A stretch of 60,000 bases of DNA from Lytechinus pictus (GCF_037042905.1 NC_087245.1:32924001-32984000), one strand, 5' to 3'. Shown: positions 43,531-56,525, counted from the first letter of the stretch. The notes: a model not told the origin generated them from the sequence alone. Program-made: numbers and translations.

Positions 43531-46500
43531 ACAAGTGAAGCGATTTCAATCCATTCACACTAGACACTATGTATACCGATAACACCAGTATTAAACAAAG
43601 GTTGTTCACATTAGTTTATTACAAGGACTGGAGGTAGCTAGAGGGTCAGTTCACACTATGCCATGATAACTGTAAATAGAAGTAAAATGCATGATATCTC
43701 TTATTTGTACAATAGTGTGCATGATATTTGTACATAAAAATGCTGCAAATATGATGATATACTTAATGATGAGCTATGAGACACAAAATTAATACAATTT
43801 TCTGAACGATGAAAAGCGCTAGCATGGAGTCCCTCTCTTTGATTACGTGCCGTATTTACATGTAGCACATAATTGATATCATGAATAGATGCTACTCATG
43901 TATGGATTAGATGATGGTTTTTATCCCTCTCCTACCTTTTGTACATCAATCTCATGTTCACTGAATTAACCAATTATTGGCTATACAGACTGGTCCCTCC
44001 TACGAACCATTCAGTATTTCTTGATATTAAAATCCATACAATTATATCTCTGAAAAAATTAATGAATTTTCAACAAAATATACCCCTATCCAGCTTGGAC
44101 ACAAACCAGATAAATTTATCCACATATTCCTGATCATATATTATTACTTGTTAGTTTTAAAATCCATTTTATTTACAACATCTGGAGCAAACGACTACTT
44201 TACATCAAATGTATTGATATAATCTTCTAGCAAGGTGTATTCATAAGATCACGTTATTCTCACCCATACAATTTTTTCATGAACAAAAACACACACACAC
44301 ACATGCGCGCGTAATCTACTCTTTACTTCTGAATACCACTACGGAAATTATCAACTATGAGTTGTATGTATCAGGGATTTGTGCACAGATTGCTAGAGGA
44401 AAAGAAAACTGAGAGTCTATTTCAAGAATGGCATGTTAAGCATATTTCATCAAATGTTTAGCAGTATACATGCATATTAGTCAGCAAATACACACTCAAA
44501 CATATTTATAACCTGTACATCTTTTTTTTATGTTGTCTAATGAAAATCTCTTTTTAGCATGATTTACACAAAGAATGTATATTTTCAATTTCCGTGAATC
44601 GACAAACCCTTCTCTGGTGTCGTCATAGATATTAATCAAAAGTTGGAGAAATTTGAAATCAAGATTAATAAAAAATAATTAAAAAAAGAAAATTGCCGTA
44701 ATGACTCTTTGGCCCATATCCTGAACTCATGTTTGACTTAAAATCTAGCCTAAAGCTGTATTTCAACTATGGAAAGCCAATTGTGACACAACTCTGTAAA
44801 TGTTTAGGTTTGATTTATCAACCCATCTCTCACTCACATCATCCATGACTGTCTAGGAATAATAACTGGATTTATTTCTTCGCCATACAGCATGATGAAA
44901 AGGACAATGAACATAAGAACCATACATCGTTAATGAAATTTGGTATTTTGGGCTTGCCATAATTTTAGCAGAAATGGACCAAGACCTGTAAAGTCAAATC
45001 GAACATCAGGATACAGGCCTTTGAGAATACCACGATAATCATGCTTAAAATGTCAATTATTTTTTGGCTGGTTGCCGTTCTTAAAATTTCTATCAATAAT
45101 CCTTTATCACTCTTTTCATATGCCCAAATCGCTATTTTTCTTGTTTTTAATAGAAATTCTGGTTAGTATGTTCAACAAAAACAGCAATCAATTGACACTA
45201 AAAGAACTACCGAACATCAATAAAACAAAGACAAGCACATTCAAAGTGGTAGAAAGTTGCATAATATAAGGTGAACAAAATATATCTCTTTACAATCATC
45301 ACTTAGTTTTGGAAGTGCTCTTAAAAACATGTAGTTTACAATAATTTAACATTTTTCCTCCATTTTTTTCCTTCAATGTCCTTACAATATCATTAATTTA
45401 CAAACATTTGAAATCTCAAGAAATATACATTTACACAAAGAAAGAAAAATCTACACTACTAGACTTTAAAAGCAAGATCATTAATTACCCTTTTAGCTTT
45501 GAAAATATTTTGTCAAAAGGGGACTAAAGTTTTATACAAAAAAATTATGATTGTTACGAAAGTAATAAATGTATTATTGCCAGTCTAAAATAGAAATCCT
45601 ATCATGTTATATTTGTTTTAGCCTATTTACATATTTTAGTTTTATACACAATTCTTTTTCTTCTTCCTAACCCTGACCATTTAACACTACTTCGGCTGGA
45701 CATAACTACAGATATCTTTTTAAAGGTGTTGGTGATATGATACTGGCAAGAATAGAATTAATCATTCTTTTTTTTTTAACTAACAAGAATTGTTTATAGC
45801 TTTTAACCCTGTAATAATATTCTGCATCTATATCTGTAACTTGATGAATATCTACAGTAATGATTGTTTCATACAGTCTGGTGTGAACTCGCCAATGCAC
45901 TGTTTCAACTTGTGGGCATTTTCATCACTATCATAAAACTCTACAATTTGTTGAGATACATGACATGAACTGAGTTGTGCTCTAAATCATCACACCAGAA
46001 CACAGGAAACTATTTTTCAATTCAACAAGAATAAATACAGATGGCTTCTGACCAATTCTCCTTCAGGTCGGTTATTTTTGTTCCCATACAGGTGTCGGTA
46101 GGCATGCCTGTGCAAGTTTAGAAAAGCTATACTAATCCTCTAAAAAACTGAGATTAGAGTATATCCTAGTTCAAAAGTATAACCCTTGTATCCCAAAATT
46201 AAAAGCTCTGAATAGGTTGTTTTTATTATAATTTTTTTCTTCAAATTATGACATATGTAGCAACCTTTTCCGCATAGAAAAAATTCTCTCCAGGAATTAG
46301 GAGACTGTTTTCAGACAATATGAGGTTGCAACTATTGTCATGATTAAAAACTACGGCTTTTCTTAAACATTTTGAGATACAGTTTTTGACACCCCCCCCC
46401 CCCCCACAAAATGACAAAGGACAATTAAGTATGATAGAGGTACATGTATACATGTGCATGAATCATTAATTATTGAAATCAGATACTTGTTATTCATATA

Positions 46501-47493
46501 AATCATAGAGCCATGATTTTATTTTGTCTATACAAAGAGAGCTCATATCTGCCAATAATCTTTCTGCATAAGACAAAATAAATAGAACTGCCTAGTAGTC
46601 GCAAATTGACTTAATATTTTTTCTTAATATAATCCTTGCTGCCTGATAAAATAGTTTTAAATTCGGATTCAGATAGTATAGTACTACCATTTTAAGATGT
46701 ATGACAGCAATGTATATACAAGTTTTTGGAATGGAGGGAGTTGATATAAAGCCTAGTATCACCCATTAACTGTAAACACACGCAATGCAGATTATAAGTA
46801 TATTTTCAAAAGGTCGCAACAACAATCTAGATTTCATTTTCTCTGTTTTCATTGTGAATTGCCTTAACACTCTGCTTCTACATGCCCTTTGGATATGATG
46901 TAAAACAGAAGATCTCTGACAGGCGCAACCCCACAATATCCATACAATCTCTCTCTTCAATATTATATTCTCTCATTTGACAAACACACGCACATAATAA
47001 ATATCATGCAGCAGCTTTGCACACACATTCTTACATAATTGGCTTTAAAAAAAAAAATCACCAATGATGGTGTATGAGTTATAACAACATTTCCCTTTCG
47101 GTTCGTGTTGGGTTCTTAATTTTTGACGATCCTACAGCTTTCTGACAGCATACAACTAGGCTGCCAACCAAACAAAAGCTATATCTTCCATTTTTTAATC
47201 AATAAAAATATACATTTCCTATGAACACACCTCTCAAACAAATAAAAACAAACTGACTGACAAAGTAAATTCTTTTAAAACTCTGATATGGTCACACATC
47301 TGTTGAAACATCTTCCCTGCCATTATACAGTCTTCATGCCTTAACATATATACTTTTTGACTACACACGTCATCACAGAGAAAATAAAGTACATCTGTAT
47401 TTGTATTAGTCAGTCATACGCGGAAACTGGAGTTAACTCCTTCTGCTTGACTCATAGCATCCACAGAGCGATGGAGTTGAGACCTTGTAGCTT

Positions 47494-47686
47494 TTAAACA
47501 GAGGTTTCGTTATCAGTACCGTTGTAAGTTGGGGGAGGAGACGGGGTGCGTCGGAACTGCTCAGGGACCTCGATACGGACCTCCTGGATGCTCCCCCGTT
47601 GGGTCTCTAGGTACGACGATTCCCGAGGACTGCCGGGGATTGTGGGAAGGTCGAGAGTTGGACGGGCACCACCACTATTTGTTTTC
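47494..47686 (-). CDS. SLC4A10: SLC4 Na+-coupled HCO3- transporter, terminal coding exon ((E)KTNSGG...PPPTYNGTDNETSV*)
   Basis: Polypyrimidine tract plus CCAG acceptor; phase-2 join to exon 49370-49569 restores the frame; TAA at 47494-47496; C-terminal ETSV resembles the vertebrate NBCn1/NBCn2 PDZ ligands. The symbol denotes the SLC4A7/8/10 clade. Confidence 0.85.
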
Positions 47687-47762
47687 CTGGATCGATAGGA
47701 AAGGGGGAGGGACATAAGATTAGCTGGTAATTCAGTTTGAAGGAGATAACATTTTCAGGTAA

Positions 47763-48036
47763 TTATAATAATAATATAGGGTATTTATATTGCGCACATA
47801 TCCACCTTGTTAGGTGCTCGAGGCACTCCTATATTACCCGGCTAAGCTAGGCGTTCATAGCGCACACAGCTTTTTAAGGAATTACTTCCTACCGGTACCC
47901 ATTTACCTCACCTGGGTTGAGTGCAGCACATTGTGGATCAGTTTCTTGCCGAAGGAAATTACGCCATGGCTGGGATTCGAACCCACGACCCTCTGTTTCA
48001 AAGTCAGAAGACTAATCCACTGGGCCACAATGCTCC
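47763..48036 (-). mobile_element. tRNA-derived SINE (TTG/Gln-like head) in the last SLC4 intron
   Basis: Minus strand ggagcattgtggcccagtggattag...gggttcgaatccc, core tgtgctgcactcaacccaggtgaggtaaatgggtaccgg, (att)n tail. Confidence 0.88.
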
Positions 48037-48635
48037 ATATTGCATGGCTCAGAATGGAATACCAGAAATATTCCAAGAGATCATGAATATTGGCCCTAAC
48101 AAGTGGAATATTTCTGGTATTTCATGAAATAAAGCCATCCAATATAATTATTATCATCTATCCCACCCCCCCCCCCCCTCATAAAAGAGGGAGCAATTTG
48201 ATTGAACAAGTCATAGATCACTTATCACATTATATCATCATCACTTCATAGGATCAATTTTGGTCATTGACATGTGATTTGCATGTAGCTCATTATGACG
48301 TCAACAAGCGTTATTCTGCTCTATGCTGCGCATCGCATTGCTTTCATTGTTGTGCACGTTGTACATTTCATGCATTCGCACATGCGCATTAAACTGTTAA
48401 ATATGCTCTCATATTCAATAGCAAATTTTGTACAGGAGCCTATGGGATATTCGTCAAATTTTTGTCCTTTTTAGGGATACGCTCTGATAATGCACGTGCA
48501 ATTGATACAGACTAAAATACGCATTTTTAATGCATCGCTAGAACACTCTAAATAGATGATAATAGAATATATTGCATGTTCTATAGATGTAAATAGAATA
48601 AGATATTTTGCCAAACACAGTTTTGTTAACACTTT

Positions 48636-48954
48636 GGCCTGTATTCTGAAAAAAGGTTACCTTTAGACCATGGTTTAAAATTGTGATTTAAATATGAGTA
48701 GCCACATGTGATGCAAATCTGCAATGTGATGATCAAACTATTATCACATTTTATACTCAAAGCATTACAAACCATCTTGAAATGATAAATACAATAGTTT
48801 TCTTCACCATTACATCATGGGTAAGATCCCAGCAAACTCACTCAAAGCAAAAATTATAAACTAAACAACATTCGATACGTAGAGCTTTTCATAATTTCAG
48901 CCCAGACTTAAACCTTGGTGTATGTTAAACAGAAGTTCGTTCAGACTGCGGGCC
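48636..48954. mobile_element. Diverged MITE with ggcc(c/t)gtattctgaa termini (relative at about 44711-45020)
   Basis: ggcctgtattctgaa ... ttcagactgcgggcc; the same terminus appears at about 32222-32237. Confidence 0.55.
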
Positions 48955-49369
48955 AGAATCTCTGGTTATTATTTTATACAGTATGAGTGGGTAATACAAT
49001 GTAAGGCTCACTGGTGTGGCATTCAAACAATTCCATAAAACATATTTCAATAACATTTTTTTGCAATCTATTCATATTTTTTCACATGTTACCTAACAAA
49101 AGATGATCCTGTCCTCATGAAAGCATGCTGGGGGATCATTTATTGGACACATGATGTGTAATAATATAAATTGTAGTTTGTATTACATACCAGTTTCTAA
49201 AATACTATACCACAAAACCAAGAGGTTACCAGAAAAAAACTTGGATGGCTTTTGCTAACTAAGCTATTGCAATTTTAAGCAGACAAAGCTTTCTGTTGAT
49301 GATTTGACCCCCCCCCCCCTTAGCATTTTTCTTTCTCATAAAATTCAAAGCAAAATCAGTCCCACTTAC

Positions 49370-49569
49370 TCTTTTCCGTGTGGTTTTCTGTGGACGACCT
49401 GACCAGCTTCTGAGTTCTTGGCCAAGGCTTTCCAGACACCGGTCTTGGCCATGTCCTCGGGAATGTTGATGCATGCGACCTCGGGATGAAACTCCACCTT
49501 GTCCACAGGGATGCTCAACATGTTACCATCTGACAGAGGTACCTGGACACGACCAGGGATGTTCTTGAT
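49370..49569 (-). CDS. SLC4A10: SLC4 C-terminal tail exon (IKNIPGRVQVPL...INIPEDMAKTGVWKAL...HGK)
   Basis: AG/GTAAGT boundaries, 200 nt; INIPEDMAKTGVWKAL matches the conserved NISDEMxKTAxW motif of SLC4A7/8/10 tails. This frame is missing from the ORF track. Confidence 0.9.
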
Positions 49570-50079
49570 CTGATGAAAAAATCAAAGAGAATAACCAAAA
49601 AAGTTTGAATGGAGAATGAATCTCGATGGAAACCACAAAGAGAACAACCCAGAGGGGTCGTCAAGGTGGTGACCACTGTGTGGTATTTTCTGTTCTAAAA
49701 AAAAGACAGAACGAATGATGCAAAATCAAAATGAAGAATGTTCTTGATGGAAAGTACGAAGAGAACAACTCAGTGTGGCCTTCAAGGAGGTGATTTCTGC
49801 AGGATATTGATATCCGAATGACGATGGTGTTCCCATGCATCTTTCAAGTGGTGATGATTTAACAGAGAAGGTAATCAGTCTGGCTTCAGTTCTTCAATAA
49901 GAACATAAGAATCATCGAAAGAGGTGATCTAGTGTTGTAATAAAGTACAGGGGAGTAGGGATTGTAGAGACACTGTCGGTGCCTAATGCATAGTTTATGG
50001 ATGAGCTTCAGAGAGGCCCTTGGGTATCATCCAGAATGATCCTGAGTGACTGAAAAACAATGGTTAGTTCATAACTTTG

Positions 50080-50956
50080 ATTTCCTTTGCTGTCCTCTAT
50101 GTGTAGTTTCAAGTGTCATGCTGGACCTACATTCATAACTCCCAACCCGTCCCAATACATGCATTCAAATGAGAACAAATTTTTGTGTGTGTGGTTCTGT
50201 ACATTTTGTTGCAGGTGATGCATGCCAGGCCTACATTCAAGCATGTTCCCCATGCAGACTACCTCCCTTTACATCAGTATGAATAATTTTGTCTTTATCT
50301 ATTTATTTATTTTTGTGGATCTGTTGGTGTAGTTTTAGGTGATGCATGCCAAGCCTACATTCCACCCTTACTGTCTATTCCCAATGCACACATTCCCTTC
50401 AGGATGGATCCATTCTTGTTTGTGGTCCTGTAACTTCAATTTTTGGTGAAGCATGCCAGGGGGCGCCATTACATAAAAGTTACCATTATGGTAACTTTCC
50501 ACGCAATGGTAACTTGCATGGAATCCTTGATTCCAATTGGTTGTTGATCAGCATTACCATGGAAGTTACCATTGGATAGCAATGTTACCGTAATTGTTGT
50601 GCAGTGGGGCCCTGGCTTACACTCGTGCCCTATCGACCCTTCCCCATGCATATCTACTGCCCTTCACATTTGTATGGATCAATATTCTTTGGTCCTGGAA
50701 GTTTAAGTTCAGGTGACACATACCCTGTGTAGCCGATTCATGCACTATAGACCCTTCCCTTCCCATGCATCGAGAACCTTTACTTCCCTTCACAATAAGT
50801 ATGAATCCATTTTCTTTGTGGTTCTGAATGAGTACCTAGTTTTACATGATTCATGCTGGACTTATCCCCTACTGACCCTTCCCCATGCATACATTCCAAT
50901 CAGTACCGATCCATTCTCTTCTTTGTGGTTTTCTGTAGGTGTAGTTTTAGGTGATG
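50080..50956. repeat. Degenerate tandem array, unit about 100-135 bp, 6-7 copies
   Basis: Recurring tttgtggt..tgt..gtagttttaggtgatgcatgccaggcctac..cccatgca, with anchors near 50111, 50213, 50337, 50444, 50711, 50844 and 50949. Confidence 0.8.
50460..50611. mobile_element. Harbinger-type MITE inserted in the tandem array
   Basis: ggggcgccattaca ... tgcagtggggcc splits the unit motif catgcCAGgcctac; flanks are CAG and CTG. Confidence 0.7.
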
Positions 50957-51029
50957 GAGGGGGTGAAGGGGCCATTTCTTCTTCTTCATCTTTTATCACT
51001 TTCTCTTTAACCGCAGAACCATTTGTTGC
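50907..51029 (-). CDS. SLC4A10: Probable (possibly alternative) SLC4 exon ATNGSAVKEKVIKDEEEEMAPSPPPSPKTTPTENHKEENGS
   Basis: CAG acceptor, open 123-nt phase 0-0 frame, hydrophilic acidic/Pro-rich peptide; the donor TCG|GTACTG is weak. Confidence 0.6.
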
Positions 51030-53318
51030 CTGTTTTACGAAGTTTACAAAAAAAATGACAACAAAAACTTAGGAATATATTCTGTGACTCTTGTAGAATT
51101 TTCATCTTATGATCTGTAAAGTTGCATGCAAGAAAATGAGAAGAGTTCTGGGGCAGACAACTAATTAACAAAAGTTTATGCATGCAAACGATTATAGAGC
51201 CCCCTCTTGTGGTGGCTAGCCTATAGTCAGATGACTATCCTCTGCAAGGAAGGCCATATTGGTGCCTGTGACTAATCCCATTCATTCATGCCTATCCTAT
51301 CTAGCTCCCTCTTGTGGGGAATTATGTACAGTTCAATTTGCACTGCACATCTCTACTTATATCCTTTACTTTCACTCATAAGAATTGGGCTGGTGTTTCA
51401 ATAAATTTGGTTACCCATTCAGTTAAACATGATGGCAAAAATACTACTTTTGTTACGTATACCACCCATAAATAACAGAAAATAATGCACCATTTTCTTT
51501 CCGATTTTGTTTTTATCTTGGGCATGCTCATGAGCTCAGAAATAGTGAAAATTCGGTAGTTTCTAAGGACTTCATATGAAAAAAAGAAAATACAAAAATA
51601 TATGAGTAATATCATTCATGTTAATTATCTACATGTTCAAATTAGAAGAGATTGTTTTATAAACAGTAGGATTGGAAAAGCCTTCTATTACTCTTTTCAT
51701 TTTTCTGTGTTTTTGTTTTACTTTTGGTCATTTTAAAACATTCATTAATACATATCTGGGTGAGTGGGATTGTAATGTAGGATAAGGAACATATTCTTTG
51801 TTTAATAATCAGTTATTCTAGGATTAAAATATCAAATACCACTTTAGGTTGCTCTTGGGATGCCATGGCCGAAGCACGCTGTAAAAGCTGAAATGTATCC
51901 GACCGTTTTCTTCCCTGTTAATTAGAAAAATTACTTGAGCTTTAAACCCGGAATAAAACCATTTTTTAGAAAATGAAGGTCTTTCACCCATGACTAACCC
52001 TCCTGGTCTGCAGATTTTAAACAAAGATTTATTTATTTTTTCAAATTCCTTGGGATGTTTGCTTTTTAAAAATTTCTCCCAAATATCAGGTAAATCTATT
52101 TCTCTTACTAACATTATCATTCATTCATGATTCAAATTTCGATCTTTTGGAATCGAGTTCTTAACCTGAATATGCATTTTTGTGTAATTTGGCCTCTAAT
52201 GTTAATCAGTGCATGGTTAATAGATGGATAAACGACATACAATGAGTCAGTCTCTTTAAAAGTGAATTTGAAAGTTCAGTCTTTTGGTGCAAACCCGAGG
52301 GGTTAGAGTGGTGACATTGTCAGTTGAGCGCCAGAAAGACGTAAATGCCATTCTGACTCTCACGCAGACCATACACAAAGGTGGTTAGACCTTCCTCATG
52401 CCGTGCATGCACAGTTTACATGCATTATATTGTCCTTTTTTTTTTAAAGGTCTCAATTTCTGAAGCTCAGAGGATATGTGTCTTCCTCTTTTCTTGAAAC
52501 TCCAGATGCAAATAACATCACCCACTACTTTCTTTCTTTTTTTAAACCCATTATCGATAAAATCATTTTATCTGAGGAAAATATACTACTAGAGAATAAC
52601 TCCTCACTTTCCCAATGGATGATTATATTCCCATGAAAAATCTCTATTTTCAAAAGCTTTAGTGTGCAGAATATGAAATACCACATTGCTGTAATCCATA
52701 TACTAAATAGAAACATTCCAGCTGCTGAACATATATGTGATCAATGTGTGGAATACAGAACATGTCAGCCTTACACTTAATACAATCCTCTCATGCAGCG
52801 TTGAATACAATCACCATAAATCGTTGTTTAGCAATTTCTTCAGATGCTATTATCAGAATGGTATGACTTTCCTTCTCAGAATGAAAAAAAAAATCAAATG
52901 CACTCGATTTTGTTCACAGACCCTGCAGTCACTTGTATTTATTGCTGGTTTTGTTGTACAGGGTATTTATTATCTTTTTTTTTTATTCAGGGGATTCACT
53001 ATAATGTCAGGCAGGGTGCATGCACTATACTGTCACCTTTTTATACTTCCACTTTATACCGCAACCCAATCTTTTTAATTTGGCGAGGAATTGAAACTGT
53101 CACATAAGAAAAAAGAAATAGTTCATTCTTTCATACTCATATCTGGTAACTCCAAGCATATATGTATAAAAGCACAATGATTAGCATTTATGCATAAGCA
53201 GTGAAGTAGTGTTATCATTACAGATCAGTACTAATCTACTTTTGCATTGATTGCTTTTGTTTAGCTGAAACAAAACCAAATACAAGATCAAAACACAACA
53301 TACATGTGTACATGTTAT

Positions 53319-53926
53319 TTAAAGGACAAGTCCACCCCAACAAAAAGTTGATTCAAATAAAAAGGCAAAAATCCAACAAGCATAACACTGAAAATTTCAT
53401 CAAAATCGGATGTAAAGTAAGAAAGTTATGACATTTTAAAGTTTCGCTTAATTTCACAAAACAGTTATATTCACATCCTTGTAGGTATGCAAATGAGGAG
53501 ACTGATGACATCACTCACTCACTATTTCTTTTGTATTTTATTATGTGAAATATGAAATATTCAAATTTTCTCCCTGTTGTCAAGTGATACAACGATTAAT
53601 TCCTCCCTGAACATGTGCAATTAGCATTGTTTAATACTATAAGGTTCAATCATGTTGGTCCTTATTGTCAAATCTGTAATAAATGATAAATTGTATAATA
53701 CAAACAATAAAAAACAAAACAAATAGTGAGTGAGGGACATCATCGACTGTCTCATTTGCATGTCACTGAGTTGTGCATATCACTGTTTTGTGAAGAATAA
53801 ACGAAACTTTAAATGGTCATAACTTTATTTTACATCCGATTTTGATGAAATTTTCAGCATAATGCTTGTTTGATTTTTCTCTATTTATTCACATCAACAT
53901 TTGTCTGGCGTGGACTTGACCTTTAA
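53319..53926. mobile_element. Kolobok/T2-type MITE, family A copy 3 (intronic)
   Basis: TTAA-aggacaagtccacc ... gtggacttgacct-TTAA; closely similar to the 21.8 kb copy. Confidence 0.9.
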
Positions 53927-54519
53927 AGTATTAAAAAAGTGTTCTGGGATGCACACAAAATTTCAATACAGGGGCGCTTTTCACAGGGCTGTTTATGAAA
54001 GCTTCTTACAACTTTACGACCAATTGGAGCATAGAAAGCTCTGTGGGGTTCCTCAATTATAATGAATCACTTTCACATTAAACATAAGTTTTGATGAACA
54101 AGACCCAACCATCAATTTTTAGAGTAAACCAGAGTATTAACCACAAATTAGTTGACACTAATGATAAATTGTTATTCTATCATTTAGTATCGAAAAACAC
54201 TGTGTTAGCTCTTCATATTTTAGTGATTCATGAAGTTATTTGTTAAGTCATATGTAACGTTACAAACAGCTTTATGAAACACCCCAATGCCAGAGTAGAG
54301 AGATTAAAATACAAGAGACACGTAATATCAGACTGGATGAAATTCATTGTAATAAATGAAGCTGTAAGAAACAACATGATAAGCTCCTCACCATATATAT
54401 GTATTTTTATATCATGTAACAATCTACAAAGTCAAGAAGCGAAAATGATCTTTCTACAATAGCTCCCTCTATTGGTCTGAGCTTACACAACTTAGTGTTC
54501 TCATTAACATGAGTAATGA

Positions 54520-54931
<412 letters not shown>

Positions 54932-55058
54932 CCTTGTCATAAGAATGATTATATCCCTGTGATTATTTGTTGTAAGGGAAAACTCCCAGAACAGAGTAAA
55001 GCTGGCACAATTGCATCACCACCACCACCAAGATCACTTTTCTTGTTTTCTCTCTCAC

Positions 55059-55211
55059 CTGTTCACAGGCTGCGACCTCTTCCTCTTCCTTCTTCTTGCG
55101 ATCATGCTTGGCTCTCTTGGTCATCTCCGGCATCACATCATCCAACATCATCAGCTCTTGCTGGGTGAAAACCTTGTCCATCAGCTTCCTCACCAATACC
55201 ATACCCAGTAC
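55059..55211 (-). CDS. SLC4A10: SLC4 exon: end of last TM and proximal C-terminus (VLGMVLVRKLMDKVFTQQELMMLDDVMPE...CEQ)
   Basis: TAG acceptor, GTGAGA donor, 153 nt; conserved VRK.MD..F...EL..LDD.MPE motif. Confidence 0.95.
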
Positions 55212-55572
55212 CTAACATAGGTCAAAGTCAAGTTGTCATAGAAATACAATGTAATTTATGTATTATTCAATTTCCTATGAGGCATCACATCATCAGCAAA
55301 AAAAAAGAGAAAAAGTTATGATTCAAAGTTTTTTTCTTAAATTCGAAAAAAATACCCAGTACATATCCTCATTGTGGTTTGTATGCAAGTGAGGGGACCA
55401 TTGATATCAAGCACTCCCTATTTCTTTCCATTTTCAAACCATTTTGAGCAAATTTTCAGCATCATTTATTCAAATCCACTTTTTGCCGGTTTTGCTCAGA
55501 TGGACGACTTGCCCTTATAAAGGAGAGTCATTACAATCTTAAAACCCTATGTTTTCAAACATCTCAGTTCTA

Positions 55573-55717
55573 GGGCCCATTTCATAAATCTTGTTAAAGT
55601 TACAAATTTGAAATAACAGTTAAAAGCTACTGAAATCCTTCAACCTGATTGGCTGTTGATCAACTTTAACAGAAATCATGCATTTGTTATGATTAAAAGT
55701 CTTCACGAAACAGGCCC
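55573..55717. mobile_element. Harbinger-type MITE beside a splice donor
   Basis: TIRs gggcccatttcat / acgaaacaggccc; internal ctgattggctg motif shared with other family members. Confidence 0.65.
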
Positions 55718-55730
55718 CTGAAGGACTTAC

Positions 55731-55904
55731 CATGATGGGGAAGACGAGGGCGGCATCCGTTGACTTAATAACCCACAGGACGACAAGACACATGAGCTGA
55801 ATAAATGTGAATAGATAAACCCTCTTGATACCGACATGGCGTAGATAGATGTAGTCTGGCTGGTACTTCAGGGGCATGAAGAACAGTGCTAGACGGTCCA
55901 CAAA
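55731..55904 (-). CDS. SLC4A10: SLC4 exon ([24 protein letters not shown]...VFPIM)
   Basis: CAG acceptor, GTAAGT donor, 174 nt; hallmark MP.K.QPD.IYLRHV motif. Confidence 0.97.
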
Positions 55905-56525
55905 CTGAACAAGAGGAATATAGGAAAGGTGTGAAAGGAAGGAGATACATATGAACCATGGCAATGAAACCATTGCAATTGTAGCAGTTCAGTATAGAAA
56001 AGAAGCTGCTCCTTCCCCTTCCACTAGAAAAATAATAATGATATAATCAATACCATTCAGCTGGTTATTCATAGAGCAATTAAGACGTACGTATCTACAT
56101 GTAGGCTCTTGCAGATCATTGCAACTGTCATCGGATTCAATCAGTCATTACCACACACAATATTCCAGCCAGACACCATTTAGGTGCACGCCGCACACAA
56201 TACTTGACGAGCCAAAGTGACATTTGCATCCTACTGGGTACCCATTTTGCACCTGGGTGAAAAGGGCGGATTGATACCTTGCCAAAGGATGCTGTGCTAT
56301 GTCGGGATTCAAACACAACTAGTTATTTTGTCCAGGATCAAAATTCAATATCAAAGATTCGGCTTTTAATTCAAATCATAATCCAATCCTAATTACAATC
56401 CTATAGGTCAGACACACATGGCTAGAGATTTACAGGCTGGTTGATCAATTTATCAAGATATAATTTCTATCCAGTTACTATCCTCACATGGATGGAGAGC
56501 GGCAAAATGAGAGAAGATGTCTTAC

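Noticed and set aside
47960..48036. Possible functional tRNA-Gln gene (and tRNA-Glu at 12587 and 27803)
   Set aside because: Acceptor stems do not pair, and the sequence runs directly into a SINE core and tail.
49259..49474. 71-aa minus-strand ORF from the track
   Set aside because: Wrong frame; the SLC4-homologous frame is IKNIPGRVQ...
50080..50956. CRISPR-like repeat-spacer array
   Set aside because: Eukaryotic intron; units are diverged along their whole length, with no identical repeats, unique spacers or cas genes.
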